Positions 1 through 9,355 of a stretch of DNA of 64,000 bases are shown here, in pieces; position 1 is the stretch's first letter, and each line of letters opens with the position of its first letter. A program made the position numbers and the translations under genes. The DNA comes from an uncultured Gemmataceae bacterium. GTDB taxonomy: Bacteria > Planctomycetota > Planctomycetia > Gemmatales > Gemmataceae. The notes under the pieces were generated by a model that ran no database searches, was not told the DNA's origin, and saw only the letters and a program-made list of their open reading frames with translations. The stretch spans positions 672,001 through 736,000 of the forward strand of contig CAVVPN010000011.1 of assembly GCA_963750165.1 (NCBI GenBank), written 5' to 3'.

Positions 1-671
1 GCCGCCACTGCGACCCGCCGGGCCGGCTGCTCGACCTGGGCTGCGGCACCGGCCGCGCCGCGATCCCGTTGGCCCGCGCCGGCCATCGGGTGGTCGGCGT
101 CGATTTGTCGGCGGAGATGCTGCGCGTCGCCGGCGAGCGGGCCGCGGCGGCCGGGGTCGCGCTGGACCGAGTGCAGGCCAACCTGGTCGAGCTGGGCGGC
201 CTCGACGACCAAACGTTCGATTACGCGGTCTGCCTGTTCAGCACGCTGGGCATGATCACCGGCGCGGCGAATCGGCTGCGGGCGCTGCGGCACGCGCAGC
301 GGCTGCTGCGGCCCGGTGGCAAACTGGTGCTGCACGTCCACAACCGTTGGTTCCCCTTCTGGGACCCGCAGGGCCGGGCCTGGCTGCTGGGCGACACGCT
401 GCGCGGCCTGATCGGTCGCGGCGAACCGGGCAACAAGGTCATGCCGGCGCACCAGGGCCAGCTGGGGCTGACGCTGCACGTCTTCACGCGCCGGGAGGTG
501 CTGCGGCTGGTGCGGTCGGCCGGCTTCGAGGTGCTGGAACTGCGGCCGCTGAGCCTGCGGCCCGACGGCCGGCTGGCGGCGCCGTGGTGGTTCGGCTGGC
601 TGCGGGCCTACGGCTACCTGCTGGCGGCACGGCGGCCCGAGGGGAGGAACGACAACCATGCTCACCGTTGA
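1..671 (+). CDS. Class I SAM-dependent methyltransferase (5' truncated by window edge)
   Basis: Frame open from position 3: LLDLGCGTG motif I, then VVGVDLSAEML and FDYAVC...LLRPGG. Confidence 0.9.
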   Translation, partial: RHCDPPGRLLDLGCGTGRAAIPLARAGHRVVGVDLSAEMLRVAGERAAAAGVALDRVQANLVELGGLDDQTFDYAVCLFSTLGMITGAANRLRALRHAQRLLRPGGKLVLHVHNRWFPFWDPQGRAWLLGDTLRGLIGRGEPGNKVMPAHQGQLGLTLHVFTRREVLRLVRSAGFEVLELRPLSLRPDGRLAAPWWFGWLRAYGYLLAARRPEGRNDNHAHR

Positions 672-1284
672 ACCGCACCCGCTGCTGGACCTGCGTGCCT
701 TCGTGACCGAGTTTCCGAAGCCGCTCGGCGAACTGCCGGCGCCGCCGGAGGTGCTGGCGCTGTTGCAGCCCGACGCCGCCGCGCCGCTGTCCAGCGACGA
801 CGCCGTGCGCGAGGCGGTGCGCGCCCTGCTGCGGCACGGCGGTTTCAAGCCGACCGGCCGCAGCAAGCCCGCGTCGGAATATCTCATCAAGGCGGTGCGT
901 GACGGCCTGCTGGCGCCGATCAACCTGGCGGTGGACGTGTGCAACGCGGTGTCGCTGCACAGCGGTCTGCCGGTGACGGTCATCGACCTCGACCGCGCCC
1001 GCGCACCGCTGAGAGTGGCCGTGGCGCCGGCCGGGGCGTCCTACGTTTTCAACGCCAGCGGCCAGAGCATCGACCTGGGCGGCCTGCTCTGCCTCGGCGA
1101 CGCCGACGGTCCCTGCGGCAATGCCGTCAAGGATGCCCAGCGCACGAAGACCACGGCAGACACGCGGCGGACGCTCACGGTCCTCTGGGGCACCGTGGCG
1201 CTGCCGGGCCGGGCCGAACAGGCGGAACGGTGGTATCGGTCGCTGCTGGAACAGCATGGCGCCACGACGCAGGCCGTGGACTGA
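658..1284 (+). CDS. B3/B4 (PheRS beta-like tRNA editing) domain protein
   Basis: FKPTGRSKPASEYL and INLAVDVCNAVSLHSGLPV..DLD motifs. Confidence 0.85.
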   Translation: MLTVEPHPLLDLRAFVTEFPKPLGELPAPPEVLALLQPDAAAPLSSDDAVREAVRALLRHGGFKPTGRSKPASEYLIKAVRDGLLAPINLAVDVCNAVSLHSGLPVTVIDLDRARAPLRVAVAPAGASYVFNASGQSIDLGGLLCLGDADGPCGNAVKDAQRTKTTADTRRTLTVLWGTVALPGRAEQAERWYRSLLEQHGATTQAVD

Positions 1285-1608
1285 TGGCGATGGCTCTTCC
1301 CCTCAGGGCCGTTCCCCGGAAGCGGGCTGGGTGGTTTAATAGAGATAGTGCCAGGGAGGGCTTTCGTCTCATATCATCTCACACACACCCTGTTTGCCCC
1401 AGGGGCAGGGCAGACTCCCCACCCGCAACCCAGGACGCCGCACCATCTGGGAAGCCCCACCAAACCAGTGGGAAACAGCGAACAATCCTGCTCCTCCCTT
1501 TTTTTCTTGACCCCCCCTTGCCTTCCGCAATAGGACATGCTAAATAGTTTGTTAGCCTGGCCTAAACACATTGTTCGTCCAAGCTACAAAGATTGCTAGG
1601 AGGCCCGA

Positions 1609-2430
1609 ATGGCGAAGCAGCATCCACGCCGAACCGCCTTCACGTTGATCGAGCTGCTGGTGGTGATCGCGATCATTGCTATCCTGATCGGCCTGCTCCT
1701 GCCCGCCGTCCAGAAGGTGCGCGAGGCGGTGTCGTGCATGCAGTGCAGCAACAACCTCAAGCAGATCGGGGTCGCCTGCCAAAACTTCCACACCACGTTC
1801 CGATACTTTCCGAGCGACAATTCCGCGACCGCCCCCCCGTATCCCTACCCGAACACCTGTTGGATTCTCCAATCGCTGCCTTACTTCGAACAGGGCAACG
1901 TGCAACAGATTGCCCAGGGCGGCAACGGGAATCAACAGGGAAATGGACAGCAGGGGAACGCGGGCGGCACCGCGTCACTCACCCCCGCGAACAACGGCAA
2001 TGTCCTGATCGAGGTCCTGCTCTGCCCCAGTCGCGGCATCCGGGGCAATGGACTCACCGATTACAACTATGTCCAGCAAAGCACCTCGGTTCTCTACGGT
2101 GCGCCGGTGGGGAATTCCCTGACGGTCATCTCCCGCGGCAACGGTTCCTCCAGTACGGTGATGGTGGCACACCTCGCCTGCAATCCCCAGGACTATGCCA
2201 GTGGCCCAACGCCTTGGTATGACTGCATCCAACCTCTGGTTGCGATCAGCGTGTCCGATAGCCAGGTTCAGCAGGGATTGTGGGACCAAACCCTCAGTTC
2301 GCCGCATGCGGGGGGGAACCAGGTGCTGTTTGCGGACGGCCATGTTCAACTGATCAGCAACGAGTGGCTCACTGCCAATCAGAACGTCTGGAACTGGCGA
2401 AACACAAACCCCTTGCAGTTCCCCAATTGA
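1609..2430 (+). CDS. DUF1559 prepilin-type N-terminal cleavage/methylation protein
   Basis: [40 protein letters not shown]-terminal H-X9-DG ([14 protein letters not shown]); AGGAGG RBS. Confidence 0.95.
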   Translation: MAKQHPRRTAFTLIELLVVIAIIAILIGLLLPAVQKVREAVSCMQCSNNLKQIGVACQNFHTTFRYFPSDNSATAPPYPYPNTCWILQSLPYFEQGNVQQIAQGGNGNQQGNGQQGNAGGTASLTPANNGNVLIEVLLCPSRGIRGNGLTDYNYVQQSTSVLYGAPVGNSLTVISRGNGSSSTVMVAHLACNPQDYASGPTPWYDCIQPLVAISVSDSQVQQGLWDQTLSSPHAGGNQVLFADGHVQLISNEWLTANQNVWNWRNTNPLQFPN

Positions 2431-2463
2431 CGCCTGGGGTTGCGGAGAAGCTGAGGAGGTCCC

Positions 2464-3150
2464 ATGTTCAAGTTGGGTCCGATCTGCATGGCTTTGCTGC
2501 TGGCCCTGGCGGTGGGCGGCATCGGTCTGCTGGCACGGCTGGCGGTTCACAACAGGCCGCCTGCAGGCACTGGAAAGCAGACCGCCCGGGTGGCCGGGGA
2601 TGAGCAGGGCACGTCTCCGGCCGGTTCGCTCCGGGAGATGCTGGCGCAGCCCGAGATCATTCCGACGCATCACCACCCGTTGCTGGGCCGGCCGGCCCCC
2701 GACTTTGCGCTCGCCGACGCCGCAGGTCACGTCTGGAACCTTCGGAAGTTGCAGGCCAGCGGCCCGGTCGTGCTGATCTTTTTCTACGGCTACCACTGCA
2801 AGAATTGTGTTCGGCAACTCTTCGCCGCCAACGACCAGCTGCCGCTCTTCCGCGAAGTGGGTGCGCGGGTGCTGGCCATCAGCGCCGACCCACCGGAATG
2901 GACGCGGCAACGGTTTCAGCAGTACGGCTCCTTCGGCTTCCCGATCCTGTCGGACCCGGGGAACCAGGTGGCGCGCGCCTACCAGGTGTTCCGGGCGGAC
3001 CAGCTGCGCCACGGGACTTTTGTCATCGACCGGCAGGGGATGGTTCAGTGGGTCAACGTCGGCGACGCGCCGTTTCGTCGCCCGCCGGCCCTGCTCTACC
3101 AGCTGGCCAGGCTCGAAGGCCGTTTCCCGTTGATTCAGCCCGGCCAGTGA
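2464..3150 (+). CDS. Membrane-anchored/exported redoxin (AhpC/TSA-like)
   Basis: Hydrophobic N-terminus, APDFAL, CKNC motif, TFVIDRQG. Confidence 0.85.
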   Translation: MFKLGPICMALLLALAVGGIGLLARLAVHNRPPAGTGKQTARVAGDEQGTSPAGSLREMLAQPEIIPTHHHPLLGRPAPDFALADAAGHVWNLRKLQASGPVVLIFFYGYHCKNCVRQLFAANDQLPLFREVGARVLAISADPPEWTRQRFQQYGSFGFPILSDPGNQVARAYQVFRADQLRHGTFVIDRQGMVQWVNVGDAPFRRPPALLYQLARLEGRFPLIQPGQ

Positions 3151-3256
3151 GCCGACGGGAACATTGCCTGCAACCGGTTCCTGCGAAATCCATTTGCATA
3201 CTTCCCGGATCGCCCATACAATGCCGAAGCATTTTCCACTTTTTTTTCGTGCAGGC

Positions 3257-3284
3257 TGTCAACACCGGCGCTCCCTGGCAGGTA
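3257..3284 (+). promoter_or_regulatory. Putative ECF promoter TGTCAA-N14-GGCAGGTA upstream of the sigma gene
   Basis: Same motif with identical spacing at 6635-6662. Confidence 0.5.
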
Positions 3285-3303
3285 AGTCTCCAGGAGGAGT
3301 GAC

Positions 3304-3932
3304 ATGGACCAGGCAAAACCAAATTCCGGCGATACGGAGTGGCTGCTCCAGCAAGCCGAGGCGGGCGACAAGCAGGCCTTTGAGGAGCTGTTCGCGCGCC
3401 ACCGGGCGTACCTCCATCAGGTCGTCGCGCTACGCCTCGGTCGCGTGTCCGGCTGCGCCTCGACGCCTCCGACGTGGTTCAGGAAGCCCAGCTCGACGCC
3501 TTTCGACGCTTCGGCGATTTCCTGGAGCGTCGGCCGATGGCGTTCCGGTTGTGGCTGCGCAAGACGACGTACCAACGGCTGCTGCAGTTGCAGCGTTACC
3601 ATCAGGCGGCCCGGCGCAACGTGGACCGGGAAGTGGGGCTGCCGGACGGCTCCTCCTTCGCCCTGGTGCAGCGGCTCCTCGCGGGCGGTTCGACGCCGAG
3701 CCAGCAGTTTGAACAGGCGGAGAAGGCCCGCCGCATCCGGGAGGCGCTGGCGCACCTTTCGGACGCAGACCGCGAGGTTCTGCTCATGCGCACCCTGGAA
3801 GGGCTTACCAACCAGGAGGTGGCCGAGGTCCTGGAAATCGAACCGGTGGCCGCCAGCCAGCGCTATGGCCGTGCCCTGGTGCGCCTGCGCGCCGTCCTCG
3901 TCAAGACCGGCTTGCTGGAGGCCCAACCATGA
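3304..3932 (+). CDS. ECF sigma-70 factor, frameshifted near 3440
   Basis: AGDKQAFEELFARHR in one frame continues as LDASDVVQEAQL..FRLWLR..DREVLLMR..LTNQEVAEVL in another; ATGA overlap with the kinase. Confidence 0.85.
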
Positions 3933-6061
3933 ACATCACAACGCCGGACAACGCCTCGTTGGAGGAACTGGTGGGCCGGATCGCCGGCGAATTCACCGAA
4001 CGGGTCAACCGCGGCGAGCGGCCGTCCGTCGGGGACTACGTCGATCAACATGCCCGGGAACATCCGGAACATCCGGACCTGGCGGCGGAGCTGCGCAAGG
4101 CGCTGGAGGTGGCGGAGATGCTGAAACAGCCCGCCGTGGAGGCCGCCCTGGCCGACGGAGACCCCTACATGGCCGCGCCGCTGGGTGATTTCCTGCTGAT
4201 CCGCAAAATCGACAAGGGCGGCATGGGCATCGTCTACGAGGCCCGGCAACTCTCTCTGAAACGGACCGTGGCGGTCAAGGTGCTGCCGGCTGCGGCGACC
4301 CTGGACCCGCGATCACTCCAGCGCTTCAAGATCGAGGTCAAGGCGGCGGCGAGCCTGAACCACGAGCATATTGTGCCGGTCCACTGCATTGGCTGCGAGC
4401 GCGGCATCCATTTTTACGCCATGAAGTGCATTGAGGGCATGTCCCTCGCAGCATTCATCAAGGAGGTGCGGCGCCGGGCGGGCCTGGAGCCGAACGACCC
4501 CGAGCAGACCGCACCGCACCTGCACGCACCCGCGGGGCAGGACACCGCGCCGGCGGCGACACTGACGACCGAGGGCGCGAAGCGCTCCCCGGAGTATTTC
4601 CTCACCGTCGCCCGGCTCGGCCTGGAGGCGGCCCAGGGGCTGGCGCACGCCCACGCGATGGGCGTGCGCCACCGCGACATCAAGCCCGGCAACCTGCTCG
4701 TGGACAACAATGGGAAACTATGGATCACCGATTTTGGCCTGGCCCAGATGCGCAGTGACGCCGCGCAGACGCAGGGCGGCGACGACCCGCTGACGGAGAG
4801 AGGCCAGTTGATCGGCACCGTCCGCTACATGAGCCCCGAGCAGGCCGTGCGCGTCCCCGTGGACGAGCGCTCCGACATCTATTCGCTGGGCGCCACGCTG
4901 TACGAACTGCTAGCGCTGGAGCCGGTCTTCCAGGGCGACGACCGCGATGAGTTGCTACGGCAAATCGTCTCCGAGGACCCTCGGCCGCTGCGCAGCCACA
5001 ACCGCAGCATCCCGCGCGACCTGGAAACCATCGTCCACAAGGCGCTGGCCAAGGCGCCGGCCCGCCGCTACCCCTCGGCGGCGGAGCTGGCCATGGACCT
5101 GCAACGATTTTGGAACAACGAACCGATCAAGGCGCGGCCGGAAGGGCGGTTGCGGTGGCTCGGGCGCAAGGCGCGCCGGCACGCTAACGGCATTTTCCTG
5201 GGGTTGTCGGCCGTCATCACCACGGTGGTCCTGGTCCTCTTCGTGCTGCAAGTGAACCAACCCGCCCCGGAACCCCCAACTCCGCCGGAGGTTCTAGAGG
5301 AACGACGCCAGCAGGCGGCACTTGCGGCCCTCACGAAAGACCTGGACCAGGGAAAGAAGGTCACCTTGATTGGGGCAACAGGACGCCCTGGGTATTTCAA
5401 ATGGCGAACCGACAAGGCCGCCGGCAAGTTCATGTACGCGCCCGATGGGGAGTTCAAGGTGCGGTGTTGGGAACACGGCCTCATCGAACTCCTCCCGGAC
5501 CCGCGCCTCCCGCGCTACCGCTTCCGTGCCGAGGTGCGGCATGAACAACAAACCTTCCAGGAATCCAGGGTGGGCATCTACTTTGGGCACAGCGAGCAAC
5601 CCCACCTTGGGGCGGTTGCGCACTTCCACTGCAACGTCGCGTTCAACGACCTGTTCGATGTGATCATGGTCGATCCGAAGGAGGGCTACAAAGGCAATCT
5701 GGTGGGGCTGCAAGCCCACCGCCAATCCTGGGAGGGACGGGCCCACTACACAAGTCAGGTGTACAAGGCGGACCTGTTTTTCCGCCCGGCAATTCCTGTC
5801 GGTGCGCTGGGCCCCTGGCGCGAGATTGCAGTGGAACTGCGGCCGAACACCATCAAACTCTTTTGGGAAGGAGAGTGCTACGCCACCACGCCACGTGCTG
5901 TTTTGATGAGGGACGCACGTCCCCTGGTTGCGCGGCCAGACCAGGACCTGCCGGCCAATGCGCCCCAGTACCCCCCGCGCGGTGGCCTTGGGCTCTTTGT
6001 CAGCCTGGGAACTGCGTCGTTCCGTAACGTAACCGTCGAACCGATTAGCGAGGACAACTAA
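3929..6061 (+). CDS. Ser/Thr protein kinase with TM segment and C-terminal extracytoplasmic domain
   Basis: GGMGIVY, VAVK, HRDIKPGN, DFGLA, YMSPEQ, SDIYSLG; TM IFLGLSAVITTVVLVLFVL. Confidence 0.95.
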   Translation: MNITTPDNASLEELVGRIAGEFTERVNRGERPSVGDYVDQHAREHPEHPDLAAELRKALEVAEMLKQPAVEAALADGDPYMAAPLGDFLLIRKIDKGGMGIVYEARQLSLKRTVAVKVLPAAATLDPRSLQRFKIEVKAAASLNHEHIVPVHCIGCERGIHFYAMKCIEGMSLAAFIKEVRRRAGLEPNDPEQTAPHLHAPAGQDTAPAATLTTEGAKRSPEYFLTVARLGLEAAQGLAHAHAMGVRHRDIKPGNLLVDNNGKLWITDFGLAQMRSDAAQTQGGDDPLTERGQLIGTVRYMSPEQAVRVPVDERSDIYSLGATLYELLALEPVFQGDDRDELLRQIVSEDPRPLRSHNRSIPRDLETIVHKALAKAPARRYPSAAELAMDLQRFWNNEPIKARPEGRLRWLGRKARRHANGIFLGLSAVITTVVLVLFVLQVNQPAPEPPTPPEVLEERRQQAALAALTKDLDQGKKVTLIGATGRPGYFKWRTDKAAGKFMYAPDGEFKVRCWEHGLIELLPDPRLPRYRFRAEVRHEQQTFQESRVGIYFGHSEQPHLGAVAHFHCNVAFNDLFDVIMVDPKEGYKGNLVGLQAHRQSWEGRAHYTSQVYKADLFFRPAIPVGALGPWREIAVELRPNTIKLFWEGECYATTPRAVLMRDARPLVARPDQDLPANAPQYPPRGGLGLFVSLGTASFRNVTVEPISEDN

Positions 6062-6084
6062 CCCTTTCTTGGTGGACCACAACA

Positions 6085-6429
6085 ATGGTGAATGACGACC
6101 TTGAACAGAAACTCCAGCACTACAGCCACAGGTTCCAGCGCTTCGTTATCGCTGGGGCCCTCAACTTCCGGATGCTGAACGGGGTGCAAAACCTTACTTG
6201 TTCTTGCCAAGGCAAGGCCAATCCCGCCCCTATCGTTGCCTGCACTCTCTGGGCCATCGACAGTATGGGAGTTGGTACGGCCGTCGCTTCGCAGTTGGTG
6301 TTCGTGAACGAACAGAATTGGAATGTGTCGTTTAACGCTCCGGGTGACGTTCCTTTTCAAGGAACGTACCTCCTGGTTGTCGACGCGTTCGGCACGGAAG
6401 GGGCCGCCTTTTCTACTGGTACGGCGTAG
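6085..6429 (+). CDS. Hypothetical protein
   Basis: 114-aa ORF immediately after the kinase, GGTGGA upstream. Confidence 0.5.
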   Translation: MVNDDLEQKLQHYSHRFQRFVIAGALNFRMLNGVQNLTCSCQGKANPAPIVACTLWAIDSMGVGTAVASQLVFVNEQNWNVSFNAPGDVPFQGTYLLVVDAFGTEGAAFSTGTA

Positions 6430-6634
6430 GTGCAACCCGCCTATCCCGGCTCGTGATAAAAAACCAACGCCTGGATTAGATTTCCAGCCGAGGTAGGACA
6501 GGAAGTTCTGAACAAAGGCCGGGTCGGCGGCGCGGGCAACCGCTCCGCCGACCCGGCCGCATTTCTTTGATGGCCACCTGGTCTACCACTAAAAAAGCCC
6601 ATTTTGAATTCCAGCTCCCTGTTGATCCGCGAAC

Positions 6635-6662
6635 TGTCAATCTTCACACCTCCCGGCAGGTA
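6635..6662 (+). promoter_or_regulatory. Second copy of putative ECF promoter motif, upstream of STAS gene
   Basis: TGTCAA-N14-GGCAGGTA as at 3257-3284. Confidence 0.5.
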
Positions 6663-6779
6663 GGTATGCGGGTAAGAGTTCAAGGGCCACGCAATCTTCG
6701 CTCCCCGAGAATTCCTGGCCACCGGCCCCGACCGTTCCAGGGCCGAGCAGTCCCGCACACCTCAACCAGGAGAATTCCC

Positions 6780-7271
6780 ATGCGCATCAGCGCGACCGGC
6801 AACCTGATCGTGGAAACCGCGCTCCAGGACGTCCATGTGCTGCGTTTCCTGCGTCCCGATCTGCGGGAATACCTGTGGGACGACGCCGACGCTCCGATGA
6901 GCCCGCTATTCCGCGAGATCCAGGCAACCGCCCTGTCCGACCTGGTGGACGGCTCGGTGCTCATCGTCAACCTGGGCCTGGTCGATCTCATCACCGCGGC
7001 GTTCTACCGCTGCCTGCTCGGCATTCGCGCCGACGTACGTGCGCGCCACGGCCAGCTGGTGCTGTGCGGCCTGAGCCCCCTGCACCGGGAAATTTTCACC
7101 CTCCTGCGGGGGCCGGAGGTTTTCACCAGCGCCCGCACCGAAGTCGAGGCGCTCCGCGTGGCCCGCGCGTGGCTGATCAACCCGCAGACGCCGCGGCGGG
7201 TCAGGTTGAGTGACGCGGTGCCCGATCAACCGGTCCGCGTATCGAGGACAGCGAGGCACGCTTACACCTGA
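6780..7271 (+). CDS. STAS-domain (anti-anti-sigma-like) protein
   Basis: AGGAG RBS; LIVNLGLVDLITAA..LL....GQLVLCGLSP..REIF pattern. Confidence 0.75.
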   Translation: MRISATGNLIVETALQDVHVLRFLRPDLREYLWDDADAPMSPLFREIQATALSDLVDGSVLIVNLGLVDLITAAFYRCLLGIRADVRARHGQLVLCGLSPLHREIFTLLRGPEVFTSARTEVEALRVARAWLINPQTPRRVRLSDAVPDQPVRVSRTARHAYT

Positions 7272-7582
7272 GCCGGCAGCCGCGCTGAGCCTGATCCGCT
7301 CACCTGGGCTCGCCATATCCGCACAGGGCACGCGCCGGGGCAGGGGGCCGTGGAGCGCCCGACCGGCAGGGGTGGGCCGAATTCCCAGGCTATTTCCAGG
7401 GATTTCAGGCTTCCGCCAGCGCGGCCGGCTCCGGTACAGGGTTTGCTTCCGCCGGTAACCGAGGGAGTGCGAGGAAGGCGTGACCGCCAAATCGGCCGTC
7501 TCACGTCATTGGCCGGGGAGGCCAGGGATTGGGCCTTGTCCTTGACGGCCCTTCCGTAGCACGATCTTTGAGGAGGTGGATC

Positions 7583-7798
7583 ATGACCGAGAATCAATCG
7601 ATGGGCAAAGAACTGGCGAAGGGCGCGGGGCGTTTCCTGAGCCGCAGCGCCGCCGTCGTGGTGGGCGTGCTTCTGATGATCGTGGGGTTGGCAATGGGCG
7701 TCACGGTCGTGATGCTGCCCGTGGGCGTGCCCCTGGGTCTGGTGGGACTGCTCGCTTTCCTCTGGGGCATCTCCGGCTCAGAGACGAAGACGGAGTGA
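7583..7798 (+). CDS. Small two-TM membrane protein
   Basis: AGGAGG RBS, two hydrophobic helices. Confidence 0.75.
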   Translation: MTENQSMGKELAKGAGRFLSRSAAVVVGVLLMIVGLAMGVTVVMLPVGVPLGLVGLLAFLWGISGSETKTE

Positions 7799-7918
7799 GA
7801 CCGCGCCCAGGCCCGAACGGCGGCGCGGGGCGGGAACGTAGCGCGTTCACCGCCCCGCAAGCGTCCAGGGTCTGGTTCGCGCTGGACTGGCTACGGACGG
7901 GAACAGCGCTGGACTGAA

Positions 7919-8158
7919 TCAGAAGAGCGTTGGATCCCTGGCCGGTTCCCCGAACAGGGCGAAGTACAACACGAACAGGCCCAGCACGAGGAGAAAGACG
8001 CCAATCAGCCGCGTTTTGCGGAGCGCCTCGGGAGTCGGTGGCGGCGCGTCGGCGGGTGGTTTCTCCTCCATTTCCCAGGCCGTCCTCGGCCAGAAGATCA
8101 GGAAGAGGCCTCCGAGCAAAAACGCCGCTGCCCCAAAAAACGGAAAGGCATGGTCCAC
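7919..8158 (-). CDS. Small two-TM membrane protein (start uncertain)
   Basis: AAAFLLGGLFLIFW and LIGVFLLVLGLFVLYFALF. Confidence 0.55.
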   Translation of the reverse strand: MDHAFPFFGAAAFLLGGLFLIFWPRTAWEMEEKPPADAPPPTPEALRKTRLIGVFLLVLGLFVLYFALFGEPARDPTLF

Positions 8159-8238
8159 TCTCGCCTTTGTTGAGCAACCTGGTGCTCGACGAACTCGATC
8201 AGGAATTGACGCGACGGGGTCACCGCTTCCGCCGTTTT
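8152..8238 (+). pseudogene. Fragment of group II intron reverse transcriptase
   Basis: Translates GPLSPLLSNLVLDELDQELTRRGHRFRRF, the segment that normally precedes YADD. Confidence 0.8.
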
Positions 8239-8512
8239 CAAGAGCATTTGCCAAAAGCTCGTTTATTCGTTGACAGGTCGGCAACCACGGGCTCGCCCCT
8301 CACGCTACGCCATACCTTGAGTCCTGCAGCGTTGGCTCACATGCCGAAAATCAGGGGTTGCCCGAATCCGGGTGGCGGCCCGCCGTGTTGCTGGGGGCAC
8401 TTCCACCAGGGCACCTGGGTTCGCCTCATTCTACCATCGCCGGCGCAGTCAGACTGCAGAACGTGAACGGCACGCGGACAGCCGGCTGTTCCGGTTGTAA
8501 CTGGTGTGCGCT

Positions 8513-8799
8513 TGGAGCGGTTGCCAATGGCGTGGACCACGAACGGCAGCCTGGCGCTGGCAGGGCGCCGATTCTCGACGTATGAAAAAGTTGGCGTCCT
8601 TGGCGTTCTTGCTGTGGCAACCGTCGCCGTTGGTGGTCGCGCCGTGCCAGCCGCACGCGGCCAGGGCGCCAACTCTCGACGTGTGAAAAAGTTGGCCCCC
8701 TTGGCCCCCTTGGCCCCCTTGCTGTGGCAGAGCAGGCCGCTGGTGGTCAGCCCGTGCCAGCCACCCCATGCGTGGGCAAACCGTGTGTGAACCGCTCCA
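8513..8799. mobile_element. ~290-bp MITE-like repeat, copy 1
   Basis: Terminal IR TGGAGCGGTT/AACCGCTCCA; diverged inverted copy at 29089-29384. Confidence 0.8.
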
Positions 8800-9289
8800 G
8801 TTGACGCAGCGCCTCGTAGAGCACGATGCCGGCCGCGGTGGCAAGATTGATGCTACGCACCTTGCCGCTGGGCATGGGGATGCACAGGCAGCGCTCGGCG
8901 TGGCGGTGCAGCACGTTCGCCGGCAGACCACGCGACTCGCAGCCGAACAGCAGGCAATCGCCGGGCTGATACGCCACGGTGGTGTACGGGGTCGTGGCGT
9001 GCGCGCTGAGGCAAAAAATCCGTCCGCCCGGCAAGGTCGCCTCGAACTCCTCCAGATTCGCGTGCAACCGACAATCCACGACGGGCCAGAAGTCGCAGCC
9101 GGCGCGGCGCAGGTTGCGGTCGTCCAGGCGAAAGCCCAGACGGCCGATCAGGTGCAGCGGCACCCCGACCGCGGCGCACAGCCGGGCGATGTTGCCGGTG
9201 TTCGGCGGTATCTCCGGTTCAAGCAGCGCAATGTGAAGCAATTCGCTGGGTTTTTCAGGCACCGCCGCGGTTCCACGCTTGTGATCCAT
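8747..9289 (-). CDS. trmL: tRNA (cytidine(34)-2'-O)-methyltransferase, SpoU family
   Basis: EPEIPPNTGNIARLC, RRAG.D.W, FG.ESRGLP, IPM..VRSINLA..YEALRQ. Confidence 0.95.
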   Translation of the reverse strand: MDHKRGTAAVPEKPSELLHIALLEPEIPPNTGNIARLCAAVGVPLHLIGRLGFRLDDRNLRRAGCDFWPVVDCRLHANLEEFEATLPGGRIFCLSAHATTPYTTVAYQPGDCLLFGCESRGLPANVLHRHAERCLCIPMPSGKVRSINLATAAGIVLYEALRQLERFTHGLPTHGVAGTG

Positions 9290-9355
9290 CGCCGTCCAAC
9301 TCAAGATTAAAAGGAATGTCCGTCGCCCGCCCCCGTCGCCTGTGGAGTCCTGACC

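Noticed and set aside
8152..8238. Active retron, DGR or group II intron
   Set aside because: Only 29 codons, no YADD, no template/variable repeat pair or intron domain V seen.
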